A stretch of DNA of 64,000 bases from Paramecium tetraurelia (lineage: Eukaryota): contig CT868019.1 in assembly GCA_000165425.1 (NCBI GenBank), forward strand, positions 496,001 to 560,000, written 5' to 3'. Within the stretch, counting starts at the first letter, position 1. Each line of letters starts with the position of its first letter. The notes beneath the pieces were generated by a model. That model made no database searches, had not been told where the DNA came from, and saw nothing but the letters and a program-made list of their open reading frames with translations. The position numbers and the translations under genes are program-made. Below are positions 37,943 through 51,379 of this stretch, one piece after another.

Positions 37943-39673
37943 ATGATAATTAACAAATTCACTCTAAATTTCAAATCGAAAAGTATAGAAAATGATTATA
38001 GAAAATTGTAATAAAGCTATATCAAATAAGAATTCACACTATTTTCAATACATACAATTGTAAAAATAAGTCTGATTCTAGTTATTCTTTTCAGCTTACA
38101 TACTATACTACTTTGAAGAATATACATTTAATGGAATAATCGTAGCAAATATTTCGGTGTTTATGTTATCAATAATATTGTTGAGATTCATTATAAATTC
38201 TCATCCTGCTTGGAATGAATATATATTGCCCATATTATAAATTTACATAGCCTATATTTGGAATCTAGACAATTTTTTTCCAACAACCACGGAAGATCCA
38301 AATTATGATTATGATGCGAGCTATGAGTACAACTGGTACTATGGGTTACAAGCATTCTACTTTCATTTTGGTAATTAATATAAAATTATTGAAGCAATAT
38401 TGCAACTTGGCTATTAAATATGGCCCCAAGCTGTTGCTCTGATTGGTATATACATATAATATGTCTCTTATTATCCTACGGAGACTTTGGAATATTCAGC
38501 AATGTGCTTAACAATATTTTTAGTATTTATTGGGCTTTTAGTAATGAAGTACACTAATGAAAAGACAAAAAGACTTTAATTTAGGGATAGTAGAGAATAG
38601 AATAGATGGATAAAGATTATAGATTAAGTATTAGAGTAATCTATTGTTGTAATTAAGCTTGATTAAGAGTAAGATTAATTAATACTTTAACAAATAAATG
38701 ATATTTCAAAATCAAGATTGAAGATTTAGAATAATATCGAATTAAGAGAGATGCTCAGAAATGTATGATGATGATTATACTTTAGATGATTATAGAGAAT
38801 ACACATATGGAGAGAGAAGAAATTAGATTTAAAAACTTGGAGTAAGAGATTCGAGACCTCATAATAAGATATGATCAATATAGATTCATTACCCATTAAG
38901 TAGATGTTCGATCGAATGTTTTGAATAAGGAGTATAAAGTGAAATTGATACAATAAGTGTTATAGGACGAATTTTGTGTAATTGCAATATTTGAATAAGA
39001 TTTAAAAAATGAAAATCACAAACATCATTTAGAGGTCAAATGTAAAGAAAATATCTTTTAATTCTTGTTAATACAATTTTTCTAATAAATGAAAACTGCA
39101 AGTACTAGATTAAAAATTCTCTACTCCATGATCAATTTTTAACAAATTCGTTTATTGCTTAATAATAATAATGAGAATCTTACATCTATATGAAGTTGGG
39201 TTTCGACATCGTAAATAAGAAATTAGATGAACATAATATTTTCTAAGAAAGTCTAAATATCAATCAAGACAGAATTGCAAGGGTTTGTGACTAAATAAGT
39301 TTATCTATTCAGTATATTAATGAGTATCTCATAAATATTCGATGAATTTCATCACATGAAAATTAAAGGAAAAACCATCCTAAGTGTATAGAGAGTTAAA
39401 ATAACTTTGATCGGAAAGATAGGTGATGCGATATCCTTTCAAAAGTTATTGAATTAAAATTTAAATTTTAGTGAGTCATTTACACAAAATTAACGGATCA
39501 TTTTAAAACAACTCTAGAAAATAATAACAAATAAAAAGATAGAGAATCAAGAGAAAAATTAGTTATTATCAATATATTTAAACAAATTTTTGTTATGGGA
39601 AGGATTTAGAGAAAAGCATTTCAGACTTAAGACCAAAGATATGGTTCATGTGTCCTTTGAGTTTGATGTATGA
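37943..39673 (+). CDS. Multi-pass membrane protein, same family as 24743-26864 (degenerate sensor-kinase-like)
   Basis: MIINKFTLNFKSKSIENDYR, hydrophobic segments, ..EQNRWIKIIDQVLEQSIVVIKLD..; ends ..GSCVL/FEFDV-like-TGA at 39671-39673; micro-introns present. Confidence 0.6.
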
Positions 39674-39818
39674 TCTTGAATTTAATCTTATATCTTATAT
39701 TCTTAAACATAAATTTGTGTTTTCAATTAAATTACAAAACTTTGTTTCATTTATGACATTTCAATAATATATATATATTTATATAATAATGATAACAAGT
39801 AACCAAATAGAGCAAACT

Positions 39819-42800
39819 TCATTTATATTATTGTTCATCCATCATTTTTATTAATCCTATGACAAATTCTCTAAGATTTTTATTTTATTTTATCACTTCA
39901 ATTGGAATCATATTCAACATTTGTATGGTTTAGTTTGTCTTAAGATAATAATTTAATATTTACTTCTTTATTGATCTAATTAAAATAACGAAGGGCTACA
40001 ATAATATAGAAGAAAAACATAACAATCACATATATGATAGTCAATAGTAATGACAAGTTAACTGACGATTGAAAGACATTTTCGATCATGATATTCTCTT
40101 ATTCAATCATGTAATCAATTGAAAAGCCGATATAATTAAACAAACAATAGTTGATTTCAAATAATAGTGAATCATTTAATTGAGGAGAATCTAATATTTC
40201 TTCGGTTAGGTTGAGGTACGGTCTTTGTCTTCTTTCAAAAAATTAATACATATACTGTTCAATAGCAATGATACCTAGCAGATTAGTGGTGTTAATATAA
40301 GTAGAACATTTATTGTATTCATCTTCTCCTATGATATCTTTGATTGGGTCACATATCATGAAATATTAGATGGTGTTATATAATTCAGTAAAATCTTGAA
40401 ACTAGTCAAAAACCTATACACTAAATTCTCTAAGATTCTCTTAATTATTTTTGAAAACACTTAGATGTTGATTTGCAGCTTCTTTAATGCTTTATCCATT
40501 AGCCTCTATGCTACTATTCAAAAGCATGAGAGTATAAATGTTTAAGTGATCAAGATAATTCATGGTGAACTACTGATATAGATAATTTTAAGGCCATATT
40601 AGTTTAAGGAATGATTATTTGTCAACCAAATCAAAGAATTGGAAAAGGGTGTTTCCTAATATAATCCAACCGATCAATATCACACTTAAGACTAGATTCA
40701 ATTGTCCCTTTAAGATGTTACTTTAATATTTTTGAAGCACCTTTTTATACTTCTAAGCTTGCTTTCTATTGTGTTCATTGGCAAAATCATCCTCTTATTG
40801 CTTTTTGACTTCTTAAACTTAATCATTAACATCAATTTCTTATTCTTCATCTGAAGATGCCTCCAAATCATAAGTTTAAGCTATCAATTCTTTAATACTC
40901 ACAAACTATTTCAAGAATTACTCGCAATTCTTTTAAAAATGACTCAAATGAGAATCTGGAATGGCCAAAAATAAGAACATAATGTTTTCTCTTTATTATT
41001 TTACTTAAATCATGAATATGATTACTCTAATAATGATGAATGTGCTTATGATTAATGTTAGGACAATTTAAATAATCTAAGAAGTTTATAATCTTTCAAC
41101 TTTATCATATCCATTTTCATATAGAAGAGCATTTAATTAAATTAATTTGGAAGTCATTGTAGGGTGAAAGTTATTTAGAATGTTTACCATTTCAATGTCA
41201 TTTAATGTTGACGAATTCTTGGATATCCATATTTGAGCATAAGTTTCCATAAGCACAATAGCCTAATCAAATCTAGTTTTTCTAGTAATAGGGATCCAAT
41301 TACTTTAAATTGTGACAAAGTCTATTTCATCGGTCATTAGCAAATCATTAAAAATATCATATTTGACTGATTTCAAAGTGATATCATTTAAGTTGATGAC
41401 TGTTTTATTGATATCTAATATAATGTCATCGGCAGTATATTGAGTGAAGTTCTTCAAAAGCAAAATGTGATCAACTGATCTTGTAAACAACCTTAGCAAT
41501 TCGAAATTGATTTGATAGCAATAATGCATAGTGGTTAAGGATTCATTTTGTATTTCATAAAAACTCTGTTTGTCACTAAATTAATAGATGGCAAATCCCA
41601 TAAAGTAGATGAGATAAAATAATGTATATTGTTTGAGTTTGGTTATTTGTTTATGTTTATGATTAGTATTTAAAGCATTCACAATAGTAGATTACTATTT
41701 TTGTTTTGAGAAATTCTTGTATTCTCTATTGTTAATTTAGAAATCATTTCTATTTTTAAAGATGGAATCATCTTGCTCTTATTCCTCCAGTTCTTTGAGG
41801 ATCTGCTCCTCAAATTCCTCATCAATAGGTACAATTTAACCATTGATTAATCTTCTTGTTTTTATTACATCATCTATTCCAATGGTTTATTCAATGGTAA
41901 TAGTTTGTTTCTCTTCTCTTACCAAATAGTTGTTAATTTATTCAATTTCTTCTGGTCTGGGACCTTATTAGAAATTGGCCATCATTGAAAACACTAAATT
42001 AGTATCTAAATTTTATTAATTAGTTTGAGTTGCATACATGAATGAGGAACTTTGATGAGCAGAATATATCTAAAATGTTGGATTCAACTTAAGTATATCA
42101 ATGCTCTATCGATTGATACTCTTCTTATTAGATTGCATGGCTTCAGTTTTATCAATGTTTTAAAAGGTAATTTGATAATATTGTTATTGTTACTACTGAT
42201 TTTCATCTACATCAGCTGCTATTCTTATTTGTATGAATTTTATGGTGCATCTCAAGAAATGAAGTCCTAAATTATCTTGATAAAATACTTTCTTCGTTTT
42301 TGATGTTTGATCTAAAATGAATGTCGTACTTGTCCTTGTGCATAACATCAGGGATCAAATCATTCAATTTAATGTCCCTATTCAAGACTGCCTTGTTATC
42401 TAGACCGAATATATTTATAGCTCCAGTTGACAATTCATAGATCTTGGTATCTTCATCTACTATGAAATGAATAAGATTTTGTTATTCTAAATTAGATTCA
42501 AAAGTAACAAAGTATTGTAAATATTCTAGATTCAACATAACCTTATATTTCATTGGAGCAATATACCCGTTCTTATGTTTGAAGTAATTGGTTTAGTCAA
42601 AGTTGATGTAATCACTATCTATATGATTATTTTTGACATTTTCTAAATACTATTAGAGATAAGCATTATGCTATTCCCCATACATTTTAGGCATTAATTA
42701 ATTAATGGATTTCCCAATCAATTCCTATTTTGAGTATCCTAGATGATTAACCACTAATTGATTCATGCCTACGATCACTCCATGTTTTATCATACTCACA

Positions 42801-44650
42801 CTAATAGCAGGTTTGAGATTGTTTTCTAAAGAGAATGATTCTTCATCTTCCACCTAAGCTAATGACTATTGGACTTATTTGGCCAATCGCAAAAACTGTC
42901 TTCCCTTTAATTTATCATTAGTAACAAAAATTAAAAACAAACCATACACTCTTATCGTTTAAAAAATATTTGGATTTATTTTTTGCATTTTGAAATAACT
43001 TTCATTGATCATATTCGTAGTTTTATTGATTCTCTATCCAAGAGCATTTAACTTCCTTAAGTCTGGTTAATCCTCTTTCAATTCAATCCAAAACTCTTTA
43101 TGAAGATTCGCTGATAATTTCATCATATCTTCACAAATAGTCATATTGTTTTCGAATTCTATCATGCTAATTACATCGTTATTTTGTTCTTTTTTTTCTT
43201 GATTATTATTCATCGCTTTGCTGTTTTTGTAGATGATAAATTCCTAATCAAAAGCAGGTCTTCCAAATTTTTGAGCTTCTAAAAACTATTAATGGGCCTT
43301 CTTTTTATTGTTCAATCTTTCAATCAAAAAGAAGGCATAAGAAATTCTCAATTGTGTTGATTATGGGAATTTCTCTAAGCCCTATTGAAACAATTTATCC
43401 AATTCTGCCAATAGACCAGATATGATGGCTTCGAAATTGTTCTATGAAATCTTTTTGTTGTTCTTCTCCTTCAATTAACACTCATCTGGATTGCATGTTT
43501 CCTTGTGTTTTTCAATATATCCTATGAGTAACATGTAAGAATTCTTATCCCTCTCCTAATTTTATATCAATTACAGCACATATCGAATATGACTATTGAT
43601 TTCCTCTCCTGATTTGAATTTATTGGATTATCTAATGAGCATATCAATCTTTGATTTTCTTGAGGATGCCATTATAGAAACAATAAATGGAATCCCCAAC
43701 AGCCAAGCAATCAATCCACCATTAAAAGTGGTATTTTCCAATATCTTACAAATCAGAAGCCAAGAATTTGTCCATAAATAATAACTTGAAATTACATTGA
43801 AAAAGAGTCCCACTTCCCAATCATAGTAGGGATCATCAATATTATACACTTTGAATAGCCATAAGGATAAGAGAAAGGTGACAATAATGAGTATCCAGCT
43901 ATCCTAAGGTCCTAAGAAAGAATATAAAACCTAGCAGATGACTTTATTTAAAATGAAGACTACCTCACCATTACTATCTTACCTTGATGTACGATTTTTA
44001 GTCTTCATTTTAGGTTCAAAGAAGGCATAAGCAACAATAGAGCAAATAATTGTGAAAATGAGATTGAAAAGACTGGCTAATATGGCATGAAATATGTGCC
44101 AACCTGACCAACATAAGACTGTTGGAAATTAAGTTAAAGCATATTCTCCATCCTGATTGGTCTCGCATGTTATCAAAGATATCAAAGTTTCAGTAATGGG
44201 CAAGAAAAATAGAGTAACAACTATGGACACTCCTGATCTCAATACATGCACAGGCCACATCCATCTAAATCGTTGTCTTGAAAATGAATAGGATACATAT
44301 ATGATGTCTAAAACCATCAGGAATATGATGAGTAACAAAAAATATACTGACAGTATAAATGTGAGGTAATTGATTGTTGGTAAGTAGCTTCCAATACTTA
44401 GAATATTGAAAGCCGTAAAAACTATCTCTAAAAAGGAGGATGCTTTCCAAATGTAATCAATTTTCTAATTGAAAGGGAAACTATGAATCTAAACATAATC
44501 AGCCACAGTTTGTAAATAAAATAGCAATAGACTTTCACTGTCTTCTTCGCCTTAGTCTAAGATTGCCAATACATCGAAAATAGCAAATTTGATTTTCCGT
44601 AAGAAATTATCAAAGCCTTTGTCCTCATCATCCATTTAATTCATTTACAT
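39819..44650 (-). CDS. TmcB/TmcC-like PAS-domain multi-pass membrane protein (~1,600 aa)
   Basis: N-terminal multi-TM block; TPR-like FQQGLEKFPQSTQLRISYAFFLIERL; PAS-like GVIVGMNQLVVNHLGYSKQELIGKSINQLMPKMYGEQHNAYL; further TM segments; ends ..LNMIPIEVIKQNKNLREFV..-TGA. Confidence 0.8.
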
Positions 44651-44705
44651 GGATTTGAAATATTAGAATTAATTTATAATGCAGGCATATTATATTTCTT
44701 AATAT

Positions 44706-45279
44706 TCAATATCTATAGACTGTGCTATACGCAGGTGCCACATAGCTGGTAGTGACTGGGGCAATGGGAGCAGCCACACTGTAGGAAAGAGGAGAGGCAT
44801 AGTGGATAGGAGGAGCTGTATTGATTGGAGCCACGAATGAGCTTCTTCTTACTTCTCTTTCTAGGTAGTCCACTCTTGGGACAGTTTTTTCGACAGGAAC
44901 ATAATCGATCTATTTTTCGTATGTGACCTAAGGGACGTATTCCTTTTGATATTCAACTGGATAATAGTCTGTCACCCACTTTTATTTGGGCACCTACAAT
45001 ATTAAATAAGCAACTACTTTCACTATTCTTTATTCCTCCTCCATTTCTACTACGGATTTCTAATAAGGGACGTATTCGTATCTCGATTCTCCCTTGATTG
45101 TTGCTGGAGCTGGTTGTGCATAGGTGATTGGTTAAGCATATGAGACTGGTTGTGCATAAGAGACTGGCTACACATAGGAGACTTAATAAGTGATTTCAGG
45201 TAATACCTGGAGCTGGTCTCACAACTGATGTTGCAATTGGAGAGGCGAAGGAAACCCCAAGAGGAGCGTATGAGTACAT
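44706..45279 (-). CDS. Epiplasmin (Paramecium cortical epiplasm protein)
   Basis: PVSYAQ repeats; core IKGESRYEYVPYQKSVVE..VPKQKWVTDYYPVEYQKEYVPQV..IDYVPVEK; V/P/Y-rich tails; two micro-introns. Confidence 0.88.
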
Positions 45280-45463
45280 TTGATAAATAGAAATAAAATT
45301 TATTGAATTTTATTTTACTTTAACTTAAAATATAAATATAAATATACAGAATTATCATTTTGGGTAAGTAAGTAATTTTTCATAATGAATGATATCCAAA
45401 GAATTCGAAACTTCAAAACAAATCAAGTTGAATCTCTCTTGTTCTCTGTGAGTGAATTGTATT

Positions 45464-47202
45464 TCATGGAATTTCAAAGCTTGATCCAAATCGCTCTATT
45501 CGCAAGTCCCAGGTTAGAGATTCTTCTTTTTTGTTAGCATCATTTAAATAGTTTCTATTAATGAAGGGTTCAATTTCTATCATAGTAATCATAAATAACT
45601 TATTTGATAGATTATAAAATGGATTGTTCCTCCTCATTTTATAATATTTCATACTTCCCAACTATCCTCTTCATAACCGACTTTATTATTGTTGTTTGAT
45701 TTGTTCTATCCTAATCATAAATTAAATAATCTTCAGAATTATCCTCTACTAAATATCTACTCAACAATCTAATCTATTAAGGATCATGAATCTCAAAGGG
45801 AGGTCTTGTTAAAATTACATCTTTACTTATGCAATATATTCTTCACCTAATGAATACTCAATTCTTCCGAATCATTAAAGTATTTCTCTATGTCCTAATA
45901 TTGTACTTTGTGTTTAACCAGATTTAACCTCAGTTTCATACTAATTTCTCTAATATCTGACAATTGAACTCGAGGCAGCTTTTTCTTCATTACCTAAGAC
46001 TTCATTTCAATCTGCATTATTTTAAATCCATTTTATAATGGTGATTCAGCATTTCCTACACGAGAAACTGGAGAGTATACTGAACACTCTATTTCTCTGA
46101 TCTTATCCTCTTAATTCTCAATAACCTTCTCCAACTCCTATATGTGAAGATTCAATCTCTGAACTTCAGTTTTTAATGAACGAATTTCTTAACTCTTGAG
46201 ACTATTTTATATTCATATATATAAGTTACTCCATGTCCTATGAATATTTATTCTATAACATCTCTAATTAGGATTGAACCTTAAATAGTTCTTCAGATGT
46301 TGTGTTCTATTGACTCTACACCTACACCTTATTTTAAAATTATAATTAGGATATAAAGTCATTGCATTATCTGTTATATTCATTTAATTCTTTCACCATC
46401 TATTCATAACGAATGATTTCATTTAATTATTTCTCATTCTACTTTAAATTCTCATCCAATTGGATCTAGTTTATTCAAATCATGTACTTATAACTTAGAA
46501 GTGATAATATCATTATTTAACTGCTTTGAATTTAATTCCAGATTGTCCCTCTAGAGTACTTTGATTGTCTTCTCCAAATGCAGAATTTACTTTTCTAAAG
46601 GCTCTGCTGATGATTATATCGCTATCATTTATTCATTATATTCCAACTTTTATCGTAATCTTAAGGTTTCATCAATGTAATTCTTCAATTCTATCTAATG
46701 TATTGTAATAAAGGCATTTACTTCTAACTCCTAATAATTTGTGAATCTCATGGTTCTCTTTAATTCAGTTAATTCTTTAGTTTTATTCTATAACTCTAAA
46801 AGCAATTATTTTTATTTAGTTTTCATCTTCATAATTAAACCATATCGCTCAATTTAAACTTTCTACTGCGAGGTTTCAGGTTTAATAGAGTCCTCAATTA
46901 AGTTCTCGAATCTTTGCAATTCCCTCTAATTTAGAATACTAAAATGTACTTCTAATTGCTGAATTTTGGATCTTGCATAAAGTAACTGCTATGTTAATTC
47001 ATTTAGTTGAGACTTCAATTTTATATTCTCGTCATATAGATTTTCCTTCTCTCTGCCCATTTTGGGAGTAGTGTATTATTTTCTAAAATTTATTGTGAAC
47101 ATACACTAATCTACTATCCCTGATTGCACTATTATCTAATGGTCTATTATGATTGGAAGTAGTTTAGGGACGATTCAACTTTGGTCTGATATAATATGAC
47201 AT
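45464..47202 (-). CDS. Coiled-coil hypothetical protein
   Basis: MSYYIRPKLNRPQTTSNH..REKENLYDENIKLKSQLNEL..; several micro-introns; ends ..RFGSSFEIP-TGA. Confidence 0.7.
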
Positions 47203-47612
47203 AAGAATTATAAATAAAATTATTTTATTTATTCAATAAACTAAATTCATATATTTTCCAATTCTCAACTTTTTGATGCATTATCAAAATTCAACAATCT
47301 TAATCTTCTGTTTCTTCAATTACTCTATCATGAATTAAATCGATATCCTCAAGACAATCTAGTAATGCAAATTCAATTGAGATATAACATTAAATTATAT
47401 TGATTGAAAAGCCAATAAGAAATATTAGTTATGATATTTCAATTAATTTAAGTTTCTCTATTTATTTCTAATCAAAGTAGCTTAAATTTTATATGGAATT
47501 AGTTAAAATGATTTAATTTATTTATAGGAAAATTATAGAATTATAAATTTTAAAACAAGAGTGTAGGATAGAATATTTTAATTAGACAAATAAAATAACA
47601 TTTTCTTTATTT

Positions 47613-48134
47613 ATGTTTGAAAAAGCGTTAAAGTTTTAAGTACCGAAAAAAGGAGATAAAATGAAATATGTACAACCTTTGCTGCCGACAATCAACTTCA
47701 ACAATTCTGAAAAATATAATGATTCCACAATAATAGCTGATTATTAATCAATAGGAAATAGACATTATCATTATAATAGTTAGAAAAGAAATTAGATTAA
47801 GTCTATTCGAAGATCGAGTAGAATAGGTTACACACAGATGATTGACAATTATAAGAATACCAGTCGACAATCTCAAGAGAATCCATTTTCAGAGGAATTC
47901 TTAATAAAACCATTTTAAAATAATAGAAATAAGGAACAACTTACAGAGAGATAACCAATAATGACGATGGATTACTAATTACATAAGTATAACACTATAG
48001 AAGGCACAACGAAAAGTATAAGATATAAGTCTTAGACTCAAAAGGTGGAGTAAATTGAGACAAACATGAAAATTTCTCCTTATATACATTAAAATAAAAG
48101 ATTTTAATGCATTGATTATTTCTACATCATTTGA
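47613..48134 (+). CDS. Hypothetical protein
   Basis: Uninterrupted code-6 ORF MFEKALKFQVPKKGDKMKYVQPLLPTINF..DYFYII-TGA. Confidence 0.55.
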
Positions 48135-48176
48135 ATATAATTTTAAATTGGTTTTTGTTTGATATAAGTCTTAAAC

Positions 48177-49382
48177 TCATTTCTTTCCATAGGAGGTTTG
48201 ATTGGCCATTTCCAAAACTTATTATTTGAAGATATGAATGACTTCATCAATAATAGCATTTTCCTCTAAGAAAATAGAATGAAGCAATACCATTTCTTCT
48301 ATTCAACTCGGTTTCATACAAGTCTCTTAACTCATATAAGGAAGCAGTGGCAGCATTGATGGCATTCTAAGAGTCCTTCAAAACACTGTTAGCTTTGGCT
48401 TAGACAGCAAGAGCAGCTTATTCTTACTTAAAAGATATGAGACAATAGACATACCACAACCAATTTATCTTACAATTGAGTCTTTCTTTGGATTTCATCA
48501 TTAAGATGTGCAACCTCAGATTCTGTATCAGCAAGCCAATCAGCCAATTAATAATAGGCAGCAATTTCATTGGCTTCCAAATTGGCTAATGAGGACTTTA
48601 ATTAATCTTCAAGATCAGATAGAGCATTGTAGACTAATTAACCAACATTAAGTCCTGGTTATCTGTCAGTAGATGATGATGATCCATTTTCTTATCCTAA
48701 TGCATGTAATTCTGCATTTCCTGATGCTTATTCTGCAGCTAATTAGGCAAATTTGGTCATGGCATCTTGATTGAACAATTGACTGTATTGTTTTAACTTG
48801 TCTGAGACATTTTGGACATTGATTTCAACCAATGAGGATGGTTATCCTGTTAAATATCCACTCAAATCGTTTTTCAAAACTCTGATGACTCCTAGAGCAT
48901 CATTATGTTGTTTGATTGCTCTTACAAATAATCCATTTGAGAAGCATCTCAACTCTTATAATTCGACTGATCTTCTATCAATATCAGCTAATCTTTAAGT
49001 TGCCCAGGCAATGTAATCTGTTGCTTCCTATATTATAATGATATCAGTTACTCTGTATTCAATTCCGATTTATTCTCTTCTTGCTTTAGCACTGGCCCAA
49101 GCCTTTTGATTTAATTCATTGACTTTTGATAATGCAGCAATTCTTGCCTAACCAATCTCTTCATCTGAGATATTCTTTTCGTCTGCCACTCCTTGGGCTT
49201 CGATGTTACTTGTTTTCAAATCATTCAATAAATCATAAACTGCTTAAACTGCATCATTGGATTCTGAACCTGTCTAAATAATTTATCAATTCGAATGATA
49301 CTTGAAGCAACAAAGCGAAATCAATATCGAATGCTGATACACTCATTAGACCTATCATCGCCAAAATTATGATCTTGTTCAT
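48177..49382 (-). CDS. Trichocyst matrix protein precursor (TMP/GRL family)
   Basis: Signal peptide MNKIIILAMIGLMSVSA; ..LLLQ/TG processing-type motif; two acidic helical halves; SLVEINVQ linker; C-terminal ..YETELNRRNEENAIIDEVIHIFKQQV; three or more micro-introns. Confidence 0.88.
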
Positions 49383-49595
49383 TTCCTCTGAACTTTATTA
49401 TTATATTAAATAAAAACGGTATTGCAATTATTCATTTTAATAAATGCCCAACATAAATTCACACTCCTACCAAATCCAATCTCCCTTATACTTGTATATA
49501 TTCAATTTAAGATATGTAAAAACTATGAATTTATTATGCTACTTAGTTTATAAACTATATTAATATTTTATTTTTTATATATCTAACTGCTAATT

Positions 49596-50267
49596 ATGAG
49601 TGACTCACTGAGATCACTGTCAACGAATTAATCAATCGAGGGACAGGTCAGCAAAAAGAAAAAAGTTTAGTCAACTTCTTCAAAGACTAATCGTCCTTAG
49701 AATATTAGTTATAATGAACTCGTAGATTTATTGCACCCAAATCATCTATTCATTAATATTAGTTTGGAAGACAAGTTCAATGCAATTGAAATGTACCTAT
49801 AACCCATTTAAAATAGCCTTGAATCCGCCTATTTCCCAAACTTCAAATTCGTAGTTGATGAAAACCTAGAAGACACAGAAGTCAAATGGAAGCGCTTACC
49901 TTCATTTATTAAATTGACTACCTGAAAAAGGTATTATCTTGTAGTTTTCATATATAAGAATAATCATTTTAAATCATAGCCACTCTCACTTTCGTTCACC
50001 TCATTCTCCATTACTCCAATACAATTCAATTAATCAATATCCATAAATAATAAAATCATATCGCTAAATTTAATTCCAAAGTATTACAATGAGGCTCCCC
50101 TCTACCCATTGAAGAGAGATTTATCTAACAATTTCCAACTGAACTTTTCTGGAAGTGCAATTCATTATAAAAATATATTGCAATTAAACTTGAAACTATT
50201 ATTTCCTCTCTCTAAAAATGGAGGAATCTAAAGAAATGAATTATTTATATAATTTTCTTGGTTATGA
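49596..50267 (+). pseudogene. Short gene or frameshifted remnant
   Basis: MSDSLRSLSTNQSIEGQVSKK.. is open to TGA at 49923-49925; protein-like sequence continues in other frames (..PLPIEERFIQQFPTELFWKCNSLQKYIAIKLETII..). Confidence 0.35.
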
Positions 50268-50275
50268 ATAGAAAA

Positions 50276-50524
50276 TCATATGTGTTTTGCCTTAAAATCT
50301 GTAGAGGCATCTTTAATTCCTTCATGCAATTTCTTTAAAGCGTCCTGATATTGAAGCAATGAAACTTTGTTCTAACCTTGTCCACCTGTTGTGGTCTTTC
50401 CTGATCCACAAGAGCATTTCTTAACTTCAGATGATGTGTCAGGTTGATCATTGTTTCCTCTCAGTTGTTGAGCTGTCACACTTAGGATCAAGAACACTAG
50501 CAATAATACTTTAAATATATTCAT
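50276..50524 (-). CDS. Small secreted protein (82 aa)
   Basis: MNIFKVLLLVFLILSVTA-QQLRGNNDQPDTSSEVKKCSCGSGKTTTGGQGQNKVSLLQYQDALKKLHEGIKDASTDFKAKHI-TGA. Confidence 0.65.
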
Positions 50525-50555
50525 TATATTAAATAATAAAAAACGATTACTCTCA

Positions 50556-51379
50556 TCAATATCGAAATTATAATACTTAAAATGAATCATTTTTTAGTAA
50601 AGATTTCTTTGATTTCTTTTACTAAGTATGTTAAATGAATATTTTACAAATCTAACTTTGGATGGAGTAGTGAATTCCTCTACTTATGATGATTTCTATC
50701 TCCTTAGAATATTTTGAGCATCACGAATGAACTTCCAATCATCTTCTTAAGAATCATTAATATTTTGAGTATAATACCGAGAAGAGCATATCGAATCCTT
50801 CTTTTTGAGAGCGCTCTTTAAGGGTTATTCCTTCAATTTCTTTGGGCTCTTCTAACTCAAATGTTACTCAAATTCTGCTAAAATTTATAATCTCTCATGC
50901 AGGTATTCTATTACATCAAACTTAACATACCTTCATCTAACTATTCCAACTTTTTAACATATATATGTCTTATTTCTTTCAGTCGTTTATTTAAAAAGCT
51001 TTATTCTTCATTAATAATTTTTTCTTTTTGAATGAAAGAACTAATTCCTTCCGATGTTGTATATTTAGTCTGTTCCAACGATTGTTATGAGTTGCTGCCC
51101 TACTTTTTATCTTTAACCGAAAATTCAATGTTATCTGATAGTAATGAAATGTAACTCTTTTGATTTGTGTCGATAGGAGATAGTTACAGTTGAATTGGCG
51201 TGTTGGAGCTGGCATAGTCACCAAAAATCATTGGAGAGGAATTTTTTATTTTATGCATTGGATCTGAATCTAGAGTTAGAATAAATTTAATGTTTACAAT
51301 CATCCATCTTGGTTTTGCATTGAATATTGAGTTTCTATATTACTGCATCAAAATCAGTACTTTAAGCTAACTTTTTCAT
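50556..51379 (-). CDS. Hypothetical protein (coiled-coil, Ser-rich)
   Basis: MKKLAQSTDFDAVIQKLNIQCKTKMDD..; micro-introns including a putative 26-nt intron at 50622-50647. Confidence 0.55.
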
